DNA of 64,000 nt, taken from the NCBI GenBank assembly GCA_963666215.2, contig CAXWPL010000005.1:224001-288000 (forward strand), read 5' to 3'. Of the stretch, positions 21,266 to 32,100 are shown in pieces; position 1 is the first letter of the stretch, and the number at the start of each line of letters is the position of its first letter. This DNA is from Acidobacteriota bacterium (GTDB lineage: Bacteria > Acidobacteriota > UBA890 > WLXD01). The position numbers and the translations under genes are program-made. The notes beneath the pieces were generated by a model that made no database searches, was not told where the DNA came from, and saw only the letters and a program-made list of their open reading frames with translations.

Positions 21266-22261
21266 TTGAGCGAACCCACCGAGGTCCCCGGAGCGGCCAA
21301 CACGAGCGACGCTCCCGGCACCGTGCTCATCACCGGCGGCGCTGGCTTCCTGGGCTCGCACCTGGCCGGCTCGCTGCTCGACCAGGGCCATCGCGTCGTG
21401 GTCATGGACAACCTGCTCACTGGCGCACCGAGCAACCTGGCGCTGTTCGCCAACCGCGACCTGCTGTTCATTGAGCACGACGTCATCAACTACATGGTGG
21501 TCGACGAACCGCTCGACTACGTGCTGCACTTCGCCTCACCCGCCTCGCCGACCGACTACCTGCGGCATCCCATCGAGACGCTCAAGGTCGGCGCCATGGG
21601 CACCCACAAGGCGCTCGGCGTTGCGCGAGCCAACGACGCCGTTTTCATGCTCGCTTCCACGTCGGAGGTGTACGGCGACCCGCAGGTCAACCCGCAGCCA
21701 GAAAGCTACTGGGGGCATGTCAACCCGATCGGCCCACGCGGCGTGTACGACGAGGCCAAGCGTTTCGCCGAGGCCATGACCATGGCCTACCACCGCACGC
21801 ACGGGCTGCAGACGCGCATCGCTCGCATCTTCAACACCTATGGACCCCGCATGCGACTCGATGACGGCCGCGCGGTGCCCAACTTCGCACTACAGGCTCT
21901 CACCGGGGCGCCGATTACGGTCTATGGCGACGGCTCACAAACTCGCTCGTTCTGCTTCATCGAGGACACCGTGCGGGGCCTGCTCGCACTCATGCGCTCG
22001 AGTGAAGTCGAGCCGGTAAATATCGGAAACGCCAACGAGATCACGATCCTGGAGGCGGCGGAGCTGGTCGTCGAGGTTGCCGAAAGCCAGAGCGAGATCA
22101 TCTTCGAGGGGCTGCCCGTCGATGACCCCAAGGTCCGACGGCCCGACAGCAGCCGCGCCCGCGAAATCCTGGACTGGGAGCCTGAGATCGACTTCCGGAC
22201 TGGCCTCGAACGCACGATCCCTTGGTTCCGCGAAGAGCTCGATAGCCGCAACGCCGGCTAG
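21266..22261 (+). CDS. UDP-glucuronate decarboxylase family SDR (UDP-xylose synthase)
   Basis: [52 protein letters not shown]. Confidence 0.93.
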   Translation: MSEPTEVPGAANTSDAPGTVLITGGAGFLGSHLAGSLLDQGHRVVVMDNLLTGAPSNLALFANRDLLFIEHDVINYMVVDEPLDYVLHFASPASPTDYLRHPIETLKVGAMGTHKALGVARANDAVFMLASTSEVYGDPQVNPQPESYWGHVNPIGPRGVYDEAKRFAEAMTMAYHRTHGLQTRIARIFNTYGPRMRLDDGRAVPNFALQALTGAPITVYGDGSQTRSFCFIEDTVRGLLALMRSSEVEPVNIGNANEITILEAAELVVEVAESQSEIIFEGLPVDDPKVRRPDSSRAREILDWEPEIDFRTGLERTIPWFREELDSRNAG

Positions 22262-22275
22262 CGTACGAACCCCGG

Positions 22276-22351
22276 GCTACCGGCGCCTCGCGCCAGCCGG
22301 CGCTGTGATCGGCGCTACCGGCGGCTCGCGCCAGGCGGCGCTGTGATCGGC
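22276..22351. repeat. 38-bp tandem duplication (2 copies, 36/38 identical)
   Basis: gctaccggcgcctcgcgccagccggcgctgtgatcggc (22276-22313) followed directly by gctaccggcggctcgcgccaggcggcgctgtgatcggc (22314-22351). Confidence 0.92.
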
Positions 22352-23460
22352 TAGCTCGGCGACAGCGAACGGCGCAGCGTCGGCTCGTCAACCTCGACCG
22401 CGTAGGCGCCGTCGGCCGCATACATGACGCCGATCTCGGCCGGCAGCGCACAGCGCACGGCGGTCGCGAGATTCTTCTTGTCGTGGGCACAAGCGGCCAC
22501 CACGGCTTCAGCATCGATGCTGTCAGGCAGCTGCACAGGAAGTCCCGCCCGCTCGCAGAGATCGGCGATCCGGCCTGAGAGTGCCGCCGGCGAGCCCGCG
22601 CAGGCCTCCGCGATCCGCGCCTCCGCCACCATACCCACGGCGATCGCCTCGCCATGACGTAACGAGTAGTGGCTAGCGACCTCGATGGCGTGGCCGACCG
22701 TGTGCCCGAAGTTGAGAATGCGCCGACGCCCGACCTCACGCTCGTCGTCGGCAACGACGTCAGCCTTGAGCTCGACGCAGCGGCCGACGATGCGTGCCAG
22801 GGCCTGCGGCACCAGGGCCATACACGACTCCAGAAGGCCGTCCTCGAGCTCGATGAAAAGGTCGGCGTCGAGAATCACGCCATACTTGATCACTTCCGCG
22901 AGTCCGCTACTGAGCTCCGCCTGCGGCAACGTGGTCAACGTGGCGACGTCTGCGTAGACTGCCCTCGGGTGATGGAACGCGCCAATCAAGTTCTTGCCGG
23001 CGACGGTATCGACGCCGGTCTTGCCGCCGACGCTGCTGTCGACCATTGCCAGGAGCGTGGTCGGCAGCTGAACGTAGGGAAGGCCGCGAAAAAGCGTCGC
23101 GGCAACGAAGCCGGCAATGTCTCCTGTTACGCCACCACCGAGGGCTGCAATCCATCCATCGCGGCGCAGACCGGCGTTGATGAGTTGATCCTGCGCCGCC
23201 GCGACGGCCGCGCGTCGCTTGGTGGCCTCTCCCGCGGGGATGTGCACTGTTGCCGCGAGGCAGTCGGAGCGTTGCAGAGCGCCAGCCAGAGGTTCGCCGT
23301 AGTGCGCGCCCACGTTCGCATCGACAAGCACACCCCACGGAGCGCCGCCCGAGAGCGTCACCAACTCCTCCCCCACGCTCTGCAGCAGGCCCTCGCCTAT
23401 GTTCACGTCGTATCCGACGCCACTCGAGGCCGGTAGGTCAACCCTCAGCGTGCGCATCAT
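22351..23460 (-). CDS. aroB: 3-dehydroquinate synthase
   Basis: ALGGGVTGDIAGF, PTTLLAMVDSSVGGKTG, KNLIGAFH, LNFGHTVGHAIE, HGEAI. Confidence 0.97.
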   Translation of the reverse strand: MMRTLRVDLPASSGVGYDVNIGEGLLQSVGEELVTLSGGAPWGVLVDANVGAHYGEPLAGALQRSDCLAATVHIPAGEATKRRAAVAAAQDQLINAGLRRDGWIAALGGGVTGDIAGFVAATLFRGLPYVQLPTTLLAMVDSSVGGKTGVDTVAGKNLIGAFHHPRAVYADVATLTTLPQAELSSGLAEVIKYGVILDADLFIELEDGLLESCMALVPQALARIVGRCVELKADVVADDEREVGRRRILNFGHTVGHAIEVASHYSLRHGEAIAVGMVAEARIAEACAGSPAALSGRIADLCERAGLPVQLPDSIDAEAVVAACAHDKKNLATAVRCALPAEIGVMYAADGAYAVEVDEPTLRRSLSPS

Positions 23461-24221
23461 GCCTGCCCCTCGGGTCCGCCATCCGTTGCGCCAAAACCGT
23501 CGCGTTGTGCGGGTGCCGACGGAGTCACCGTAGGAACGCCGGCCTCGCGCAATGTCGCCAGCGCAAGCACCTCGGTGGCATCGACAGTCGAAACGCTAGC
23601 GCGCGCCTGGTCGAACGCCAGTGGCAACTCGGTGCAGCCTAGAAGCAACGCCTGCGCGCCCCTGCCGACGAGGTTCTCGCCCACACGATGCAACAATTCA
23701 CTGGTGCGCCGATCACCTCCCTTGACGGCCTCGACCACCGCGCTCAACACCGTTACTTCGCTGGCGTTGGGTGTGACCGCCTTCAAGCCCACCGCCAGGA
23801 GCTGCTCGCTGTAGAGGCCGAGCTGCAGGGTTCCATGAGCGGCGAGAACACCCACCGTGCCAGCCCCGGCGAGTAGTCCACGGGCCTTCTCCGCGGCAAG
23901 CTCGATCATGTGCATCACGGGTATTCCAACCGCGCGCTGGATGTGACTGTGGTAGGCGTGGGCCGTATTGCACGGAATGGCCAGGACGCCGGCGCCAAAC
24001 GACTCGAGCCTCTGTGCCGCCGTCACCAGCGCCGAGGTCGGATCCTCGCCGGCCTCGAGGAGGTGGCTCGTCCGATCGGGCACATGGCAGGCGTTGTAGA
24101 CGACGCAATCGGGGTGATCTTGATCGCAACGAGCGTCGGTGCGATGCACGAGCCGCGCAAAAAAGTCGGTCGTGGCAGCCGGCCCCATGCCGCCGAGGAC
24201 GCCGATCGTCTTGTGATGCAT
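23457..24221 (-). CDS. PLP-independent amino-acid racemase (aspartate/RacX family)
   Basis: IGVLGGMGPAAT, DQDH, PDRT, catalytic cysteines in IPCNTAH and LGCTELP. Confidence 0.92.
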   Translation of the reverse strand: MHHKTIGVLGGMGPAATTDFFARLVHRTDARCDQDHPDCVVYNACHVPDRTSHLLEAGEDPTSALVTAAQRLESFGAGVLAIPCNTAHAYHSHIQRAVGIPVMHMIELAAEKARGLLAGAGTVGVLAAHGTLQLGLYSEQLLAVGLKAVTPNASEVTVLSAVVEAVKGGDRRTSELLHRVGENLVGRGAQALLLGCTELPLAFDQARASVSTVDATEVLALATLREAGVPTVTPSAPAQRDGFGATDGGPEGQA

Positions 24222-24229
24222 ATCGGCCG

Positions 24230-25795
24230 CTAGCTGTTGTCGCTGTTGTTTGACGAGGCGGAAGAGGCCCCCAGATCGGGCACCCAACGCAGCACCGGAT
24301 AGCGCGCGGCCGCCACCTCGTCCAAGCGCCGATGAAAGGTGGAATGCGGCGCCTGGCGAACCAGCTCCGGGTCTTCCCGCGACTCAACTGCGATCGCCAC
24401 CATCGCGTCGGCGAACTCGTCGAGCTCTTGTAGGCTGACGGTCTCGGTAGGCTCGATCATCAGGGCACCAGGAACAACCAGCGGGAAGTACACCGTCGGC
24501 GGATGGAAGCCGTAGTCCATCAAACGCTTGCAGATATCGAGCGCCGTCACGCCGTGCTGTTTTTGTCGCCGATCGGAAAAGACAACCTCGTGCATGCAGG
24601 GACGATCGTAGGCGAGCTCGTAGTGGTCGGCGAGCCGCGCCTTGAGGTAGTTGGCCGCCAGCACCGCGTCCTCCGAAACCTGCCGGAGACCGTGCGGGCC
24701 GTGGGCGCGGATGTAGGTGTAGGCACGCACCATCATCGCGAAGTTGCCGTAGAAAGTATGCACCTGGCCGATGCTCAGGGGTCGATCGCTCTGCAGATCG
24801 AGTCGTCCATCATCGCGCTCAACAACCACGGGACGAGGCCGAAAGGCTTCCAGATGCTCGGCAACCGCAACCGGTCCACAGCCCGGGCCACCGCCGCCAT
24901 GCGGGGTGGTGAAGGTTTTGTGCAGATTGATATGAAAAACGTCCACGCCGAAGTCACCCGGTCGAGCCTTACCCAGGATAGCGTTCAGGTTGGCGCCGTC
25001 ACAATAAATCTGCCCGCCGCTGCGATGGACGATCTCGGCAATCCGATCGATCTGTTCCTCGAAGAGACCCAACGTGTTCGGGTTCGTCAGCATCAGAGCC
25101 GCTACGTTGTCGTCCATCGCCGCCTCGAGCGAGTCGAGGTCAACGGTGCCGCGCTCGTTGCTGGCGATTTCGACCGGCTCGAGACCACAGGCGGCGGCTG
25201 TAGCCGGGTTCGTCCCATGCGCCGAATCGGGAATCAACACCTTCCGACGAGCCTCGCCGCGTGACGCGTGATAAGCCGCGATCATCATCACGCCCGTGAG
25301 CTCTCCCTGAGCGCCAGCCGCGGGCTGCAGCGAGATGAAGGGCAGTCCGGTGATCGCCGAAAGCGCTCTCTCCAAGCGTTGCATGACCCACAGCACACCC
25401 TGCATCGTCTCGAGCGGCGCGTACGGATGCGCGCTGGCAAAACCGCGTAACCGCGCCACGCGCTCGTGCACCTTGGGGTTGTACTTCATCGTGCAGGAGC
25501 CCAGCGGGTGGACCCCGGTCTCGATGCCGAAGTTGTGCTGAGAGATCCGCGTAAAGTGGCGCACGACGTCGACCTCCGACACCTCGGGGAACCCGTCGAG
25601 GGTGTCGCGCACCTGTTCCGCCCCCCACACGTCGGCCGCATCGACCGCTGGCACGTCGAGCGCCGGTAGCGAGAAGCCCACACGGCCAGCGCCGCCACGC
25701 TCGAAGATCAGCGGCTCCTGCTTGAGCTGGCCCTGCTGCGATCGATTGGAGAGTGCCCCGGAATGCCCGGTGCCCTCGGGTCCACCCACACTCAT
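24230..25795 (-). CDS. gcvPB: Glycine dehydrogenase (decarboxylating) subunit 2
   Basis: PLGSCTMKYNP, QPAAGAQGE, SAHGTNPA, NLHKTFTTPHGGGGPG, MIEPTET; ATG 25795 overlaps the gcvPA stop. Confidence 0.97.
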   Translation of the reverse strand: MSVGGPEGTGHSGALSNRSQQGQLKQEPLIFERGGAGRVGFSLPALDVPAVDAADVWGAEQVRDTLDGFPEVSEVDVVRHFTRISQHNFGIETGVHPLGSCTMKYNPKVHERVARLRGFASAHPYAPLETMQGVLWVMQRLERALSAITGLPFISLQPAAGAQGELTGVMMIAAYHASRGEARRKVLIPDSAHGTNPATAAACGLEPVEIASNERGTVDLDSLEAAMDDNVAALMLTNPNTLGLFEEQIDRIAEIVHRSGGQIYCDGANLNAILGKARPGDFGVDVFHINLHKTFTTPHGGGGPGCGPVAVAEHLEAFRPRPVVVERDDGRLDLQSDRPLSIGQVHTFYGNFAMMVRAYTYIRAHGPHGLRQVSEDAVLAANYLKARLADHYELAYDRPCMHEVVFSDRRQKQHGVTALDICKRLMDYGFHPPTVYFPLVVPGALMIEPTETVSLQELDEFADAMVAIAVESREDPELVRQAPHSTFHRRLDEVAAARYPVLRWVPDLGASSASSNNSDNS

Positions 25796-27300
25796 CGTGT
25801 TGCCTCGGTTAGAGCCTCTGCTAGCCGCAGGATGTCGCTGCTCCGATGGAGTTCCGTGACGCATACCAGGAGCTGCCGATCGCGATTCGCCCGCCCAGCC
25901 CAAACCCCTCCGCCACTCTCTGAGCCGTTGCTTCGGAATCGACCGAGCGGCACGCCGGGGATCACACCCTCGGCCGCGCATCGGCGAATCACCTCCGCCA
26001 TACCGGCTGGCACGGAGTCTGTCGAAAGGCCCTCGTCCGCTGCGGCGGCGCCGGCCTGCTGTGCCGGAACATCGAGCTCGATGACGAACTCATTGAAGTG
26101 CCCGGCGCCGTACACACTGCGGAAGCCGCTCTCCTCGAGCTTGCCGCGGGCGAAAGTAGCCTTGGCCAGATTGATGGACGCGAGCTCGCGAAGCCCCTCG
26201 CGACCGAAGCTGCACATCGCGATGCAGCTGGCGAGGGCGCAAAGGGCCTCGTTGGTGCAGATGTTCGACGTGGCGCGGGCGCGACGGATGTGCTGCTCGC
26301 GAGTGGCGAGCGTGAGAACGAAGCCCGGCTTGCCGTCCGCGTCGACCGTGCGGCCTACGAGCCGGCCCGGCAGGTTGCGCTTATCGCGATCGCGGCATGC
26401 CATGAAGCCGACCAGCGGGCCCCCGAAATTGGTCGAGTTGCCGAAGCTCTGCAGCTCGCCGACCACGATGTCGGCGCCAGATCTTCCTGGAGGTCGTGCG
26501 AGCGCAAACGCTAGCGGCTCTGCGCTGGCGACCACGAACTTGGCCTTCGATTCGGCAACCCGAGATCCCAAGCCGGTCAGATCTTCCATCACCCCGAAGA
26601 AATTGGGCTGCTGGACGATCACCGCGAGGACGTCGTCGTCGATCTCCGCGGTTTGCGTGCGCCCGTCCTCGCCCACCGGTACGAGCTCGAAGTCGACGTC
26701 GAGATGGGTGGCGTAGGTCTCGGCAACGGCGCGGTACCCCGGGTGTAGCCCCTCCGACCACAGCACCCTGCCGCCGCGACGCTGCAACCGGCGAGCCATG
26801 AGGACGGCTTCCGCCACCGAGCTGCCACCGTCGTACATCGAGGCGTTGCAGACCTCCATCTCGGTGAGGGCGCACACCAGGCTCTGAAACTCGAAGATCG
26901 ACTGCAGGGTCCCCTGACCCACCTCCGCCTGATAGGGCGTGTAGGCGGTCATGAATTCCTGGCGCTGGATCAAGGCATCAACATGCGTCGGCACGTAGTG
27001 CGGATAGCAGCCCGCGCCCTGGAAGCTGAGCAACCCCCGATGACCGGCGGTCGCCACGGACATCGCTTCGAGGTCTCGCAGCAGGTCGACCTCGGCGAGC
27101 GCGTCCTCGAGCGGCAGTTCGTCGGCAAACCGAACCGAAGCCGGTATCGACGCGAACAGCTCGTCGATCGTGCTCGCTCCCACCACCTCGAGCATGGCCT
27201 GGCGATCAGCCGGCCCCAGTGAGAGGTAGCGCCCGCCACCGTGAATGTCGTTGCCGCCCGAGCCCGTTCCAGTGCCCGGCATCGTTCCCGCTTTCGCCAC
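25792..27300 (-). CDS. gcvPA: Glycine dehydrogenase (decarboxylating) subunit 1
   Basis: TAYTPYQAE, NASMYDG, QQPNFFG, TREQHIRRARATSNICTN. Confidence 0.97.
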   Translation of the reverse strand: MAKAGTMPGTGTGSGGNDIHGGGRYLSLGPADRQAMLEVVGASTIDELFASIPASVRFADELPLEDALAEVDLLRDLEAMSVATAGHRGLLSFQGAGCYPHYVPTHVDALIQRQEFMTAYTPYQAEVGQGTLQSIFEFQSLVCALTEMEVCNASMYDGGSSVAEAVLMARRLQRRGGRVLWSEGLHPGYRAVAETYATHLDVDFELVPVGEDGRTQTAEIDDDVLAVIVQQPNFFGVMEDLTGLGSRVAESKAKFVVASAEPLAFALARPPGRSGADIVVGELQSFGNSTNFGGPLVGFMACRDRDKRNLPGRLVGRTVDADGKPGFVLTLATREQHIRRARATSNICTNEALCALASCIAMCSFGREGLRELASINLAKATFARGKLEESGFRSVYGAGHFNEFVIELDVPAQQAGAAAADEGLSTDSVPAGMAEVIRRCAAEGVIPGVPLGRFRSNGSESGGGVWAGRANRDRQLLVCVTELHRSSDILRLAEALTEATR

Positions 27301-27306
27301 CGTGGC

Positions 27307-27690
27307 CTACTCCTTGACGAACTCGAGGTAGCTTTCGGCGCTCATCAGATCTTCGAGCTCGGCCGCGTCGCGCATTCGAATACGAATCATCCAGCCGGCG
27401 CCGTGCGGATCGGTGTTGGCGACCTCCGGCTCTTCAATCAGCTGATCGTGCACTTCTGTGACCTCGCCCGACAGCGGCGCATAAAGGTCCGACACAGCCT
27501 TCACCGACTCGATGGTGCCGAATGGCGCGCCCTTTTCGACGGTTGTGCCCGGCTCGGGCAGCTCGACGAAAACCACATCGCCCAGCTCTTGCTGTGCGTG
27601 ATCCGTAACACCCACGGTCGCGATGTCGCCCTCAACAGCAACCCACTCGTGCTCGCGCGTGTAAGCGTAGTTGTCGGGGTAGTCCGCCAT
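27307..27690 (-). CDS. gcvH: Glycine cleavage system H protein
   Basis: YTREHEW, LGDVVFVELP, IESVKAVSD (lipoyl lysine). Confidence 0.98.
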   Translation of the reverse strand: MADYPDNYAYTREHEWVAVEGDIATVGVTDHAQQELGDVVFVELPEPGTTVEKGAPFGTIESVKAVSDLYAPLSGEVTEVHDQLIEEPEVANTDPHGAGWMIRIRMRDAAELEDLMSAESYLEFVKE

Positions 27691-27833
27691 CGATCACCTC
27701 GTTTCCTCTGATGCGCCGACCATGAGATCGGCGGAGATCTGTGTGCTGCGATCGTGATGCCGTTGCGGCGTTCCCGCGAGCGCGGATCGGTTCGGCAACA
27801 GGCTCGGAGCCGCGGCAGCGTAGTCGCGAATAG

Positions 27834-28961
27834 TTAGCGTTGTCGCTTGTAGAAGGGCGGTTTGACGAAACGAATCGGAACCTGACGTCCGCGTACCTCG
27901 ACGCTGGCGCAGGCACCGACCTCGGCTGCCGAGCTGGCGACATATGCGAGCCCGATTCCTTGCTTGAGAGTAGGACTGAATGTGCCGCCGGTCACCTCGC
28001 CGATCGGCTTCCGTACGTCGTCGCCGGTGTCAGGGACCGCTGCGCCGGCCGCGTGGATAGGGTAGCCATGCCGCGGCACGCCGCGGCCCTCCACCACGAG
28101 CCCGATGAGGCGCTCTGCGGTTCCTCCTTCGGCCTGGCGACGCAACGCCTCTCGGCCGATGAACTCTCCCTTGTCGAGCTTGACCACCCAGCTGAGGCCG
28201 GCCTCGAGCGGTGTGCGTTCCTCGTTCATGTCGGTGCCGTACAGCAGCATGCCGGCTTCGAGCCGCAGCGTGTCGCGTGCTCCGAGTCCGATGGGTTGCA
28301 CACCGTGCGGCTGCCCAGACTCGAGCAGCGCGTCGGCGAAACCCGAGGCTTGCTCGGGCGCTAGGTAAATTTCGAAACCATCCTCGCCGGTGTATCCGGT
28401 ACGCGACACGATTGCCTGGCGACCACCGATCTCGGTAACCCCGAACCGGTAGTAGGCGATGCCGTCGAGGTCGACATCAACCAGGGGAGCCAGCGACGCC
28501 TGTGCCTTCGGGCCTTGAATCGCCAGCTGCGCCCAGCGCGTACTCTCGTCTTCAATCTGGACGTCGCCTTCGGAGTGCTCGCGAATCCAGGCGACGTCCT
28601 TTGCCGTGGTGCCGGCGTTGACCACGAGCAGATACTCCTCGGGACCGAGGCAGTACACCAGCAGGTCGTCGATCATGCCGCCCTCGGGGGTCGTCATCGC
28701 GGTGTACTGGGCGCGACCCGGACCGATGAGGCTGGCGTCGTTGACGGTCAATCGCTGAAGTGTGGGCAACGCGTCGACACCGCGCAGGCGGACCTCGCCC
28801 ATGTGGCTCACGTCGAACAGCCCCGCCCGCTCACGTACAGCGGCGTGCTCCTCGAGAATGCCGGCAAACTGGATCGGCATCTCCCAGCCGGCAAAGTCGA
28901 CCATACGGGCGCCGTGGCGCACGTGCCAATCATGAAGTGGCGTGCGCGACGGCTCGGACAC
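27834..28961 (-). CDS. gcvT: Glycine cleavage system aminomethyltransferase T
   Basis: RTPLH, FAGWEMP, FDVSHMGE, SRTGYTGEDGFE, GLGARDTLRLEAG; GTG 28961 follows GGAG. Confidence 0.97.
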   Translation of the reverse strand: MSEPSRTPLHDWHVRHGARMVDFAGWEMPIQFAGILEEHAAVRERAGLFDVSHMGEVRLRGVDALPTLQRLTVNDASLIGPGRAQYTAMTTPEGGMIDDLLVYCLGPEEYLLVVNAGTTAKDVAWIREHSEGDVQIEDESTRWAQLAIQGPKAQASLAPLVDVDLDGIAYYRFGVTEIGGRQAIVSRTGYTGEDGFEIYLAPEQASGFADALLESGQPHGVQPIGLGARDTLRLEAGMLLYGTDMNEERTPLEAGLSWVVKLDKGEFIGREALRRQAEGGTAERLIGLVVEGRGVPRHGYPIHAAGAAVPDTGDDVRKPIGEVTGGTFSPTLKQGIGLAYVASSAAEVGACASVEVRGRQVPIRFVKPPFYKRQR

Positions 28962-29152
28962 GGAGTCGCTCCAGATCCGCAGATCGAGGGCCACAGCGTA
29001 CGCCGAAGCCCGGCCAGACAAACAAGCTAGAGCCGCCCGGGAGGCGGACGCGTCACGCTACCATAGGCCTCGGCACCTGGCGAGCAGCGTCGGCAGCCCC
29101 ATCGCGGCCGGCGCCACGGCTTGGGCGCCGGCGCCGATCAGGCTCGAGGCGC

Positions 29153-32100
29153 CTACTCATCGTCCCTGCGGCCGGCACGCAGCGGCCGCGCCCGTGTCGT
29201 GGCAAGGCGCACGCCGACCCCCGTCTCGCCCTCGAGCCGGTAGAGGTCGTAGTCGGCGTCGTCGATAAAGCGAACGGAGGCCATCAGGAAGCCGAACCCC
29301 ATCCGCGATACCAGGTCGAGCCATTCGCCTTGCGCCGTCTCATCCATGGCCTCCGTGCCCGCCGAGAAGATCGTCGGGTTGACGAGATCTTGAGCGCCGG
29401 CCAGCGTTACGTTTCCATTCCGCCGCTCGTTGTAGATCGCCGTGTCGTTGACGACATCGAGCCTGTAGATGTGGGGCTGCCAGCGGATCGTCCAGCGCTG
29501 GTAGCGATCGTAGATCCGCAGGTTGGCCTCGCGTGATTCGTCGTCACGCGACACCTCCTCGGCGATGTAGTCGATCATGGCGTGTGCCGCATCGGTGTAG
29601 TCGCTCAGACGCGGGTCCTCGGGAACCCGCACACTCGTGTACCAGCCACGCGGGATCCAATACGAACGGAACGACTTGGGGTTGTAGTTGGCGAACTGGT
29701 GCACCCATTCGTGTGACGGGTAGCCGTGCGGGTTCAACCGAATGTCGGCAAGCCAGCGAGCGTTGACGTCGCGCATCACGTGGGCCTCGGTGACCAGCGT
29801 GTCGGGATTGTTGGCCTGGCCCGGGACATCAGGTCCGAGCGCGCTGTAGCGGCCCGCGTGCAAGCAGTGCGTCGGCGTGAGCTTCTGCAATTCGTAAGCG
29901 AGCGCCGCACCGTCGGGGTTGACGACCGGTTGGATCACGACGTTCATGCCGTTCAGGTAGCGCCGGTAATCGGGGTCGGTTGCCAGTAGCTCCGCCAGGC
30001 GGAGAATGTGCGGGGTCGACGAGACCTCGTTGGCGTGCTGCCGGCCCACGATCGACAACACCGGCTTCCAGGCGTTTAGCTTGGCCTGGGAGAGGAGATC
30101 GGCTTCCATCGGCAGCCGGATCTCCATCACAGAAACCGGGCGGCCCTGGTACGAGCGCCCGCCGACGTACGTGGTCACCGCGTCGAGGGTGCCCAGCGTG
30201 TGGGCGATGCGCTCGCTCTCGTCGGGGCTGATCACGTGGTCCCAGGCCACGAGTGGCGCGCCAGCCGGTGAGTACGGCTCAACAGCTACGGCCGCCTCGG
30301 TCGAGCTCGGCGAGGCGAAGGTGCGCTCGCTCAGCGCCCCGTCGACTTCGATGCGCACCGAGACCTGTTCGACGCCGTCGAACGCCAACGCGTTGGCGAA
30401 CAGGCCGTCGGCGCGCAGGCGCTCCAGGTTTTCCAGCAGCGCGGCAAGGCGTGGCAGCTCGCTGTCGTTCTCCAGCTGCACAAGGACGCCAATGCGCGCG
30501 AGCGCCTCGGCCCCAGCCTCCACGTCGACGACGTGGAGGTACGGCTCCGGGATCTTCACGGGGTCAAGCGTGCGGGTCTCCGTCTCGCCTTCGGACTCCT
30601 CGTCCTCGCCCTCGCCGTCGGCAGCTTCGGCGTCATCGGTGCTTTCGTCACCAGCACCCTCGTCCGCATCACCTTCGTCCGCGTCGCCTTCGTCGGCATC
30701 AGCCGCCGCCACCTCCTCGGTCCGCTCCACGTAGTGCACAACGAGCTTCGGTTCCTTGGAGGCAAAGCCCGAGTAGGAGATCTTCAGCGACGGAGCCTGG
30801 CCACGACGCTCGGGGTGGATCCAGGGCAACACGTTGCCCGCCGCCAGCGAGCGCGGGATGGAGTCCTCGTCCGAGGCTTGCAGCGCCACCTCGTAGAAAA
30901 AATCGAGCGAGTCGAAGTAGAACTCGTCGTGCAGCGACTCGAGCACCGACACGTGCTCCTCATCGATCCCAAGGCGGTAGTCGGGCTCGGACGCCTGCAG
31001 TTCGATCCGCAAAGTGTGGAAGAAGGGCGCCTTGTCAGCCGTCGGCCGGTTGTCGGTGCTTTTCTTGATGTGCTTGTACACACGGTCGAGCGTGTCGCTC
31101 TGGAAGTAATCCCAAATACGGTCCGAGTCGGTGGGAATGCGCTCGTCGACGACGACGCGGTCGCCGATCCGCGCCGTCACCCAGCCGGTGGCTACCGTGA
31201 CCGTCGCGTATTCGGGGAAGGCATCAAAGTACGGCCGTTCATAGATGTGCGGCGAGAACGACTCCTGCAGCAGGATGTCGCCGGCGGCATCGCGTGCGGT
31301 CGCGGTGTAGATGTCGTTCCCGGCGTCATCGACGCGAAAAGAAAAGGCGTCGAGCGGCAATGCCAGTGCGCCGGCCAGCACGTCATCGGCGGGATAGAGC
31401 TCGTTGAGCCAGCGCGCCGGCTCGTTCTGGAAGCGTTCCGTCGTGTTCGGATCGATGGGGAACGTCCTCCAGGAAACGTCCAGCGAAGCGACGTTCTGCC
31501 CGGCCAGGGCCGGAGCAAAATGGTCCAACAGCCACGACAATCCTTGCTTGTAGGCCGACAGCATGCGGATGTCGCCAGGCTCGCCGCCCGCGGCACGGAT
31601 CTCTCCGCGCAACCGCTCGGCCAGCTCGGCCCGCAGCTCGGGCGCCTCGCTTACCCGCGCCTCGAGCGACACGACCTCGCCGGGCTCGATCGCGGGCACG
31701 ACCTGCTCGCGGAAGACGCGCAGGAGGTGGCCGACCTCCCATTCGATCTCCGGCTCGTCAACGAAGACCTCCTCGGGGTCCATGCGCGCGCGACTGCTGA
31801 CCTCGACGGTCTCGACATCGAGGCGCGCATCGACCTGGGCGGCTACCCAATTCTCGAATTCCGGCGACGCCTCCTCGAAGAAGGCCTCGACAGAAACCGA
31901 CTCGAGGTCCTTGCCCTCGAGGTCGGCGAGAATGTCGCCGAGCTCCTCCGCGGCCAGGGCCGCCTGCGAGGCGGTCGTTCGCCCCGACACGAGCTTGCGC
32001 ACGGTGTCTTTCACGCCCGTGAGGCTCGGGTCCCCGAGCTCCGTGCCCCACACATGTGGCGCTCGCCGAGCGAGGTAGGCGGCCGCAGCTTCTTCGCCGG

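Noticed and set aside
22276-22351. Possible CRISPR array (repeat length 38 bp)
   Set aside because: The copies are directly adjacent with no spacer, and there are no cas genes.
28962-29152. Glycine riboswitch upstream of gcvT
   Set aside because: No recognisable tandem aptamer motifs by eye; only a possible -10 element and a short hairpin. An Infernal/Rfam scan would settle it.
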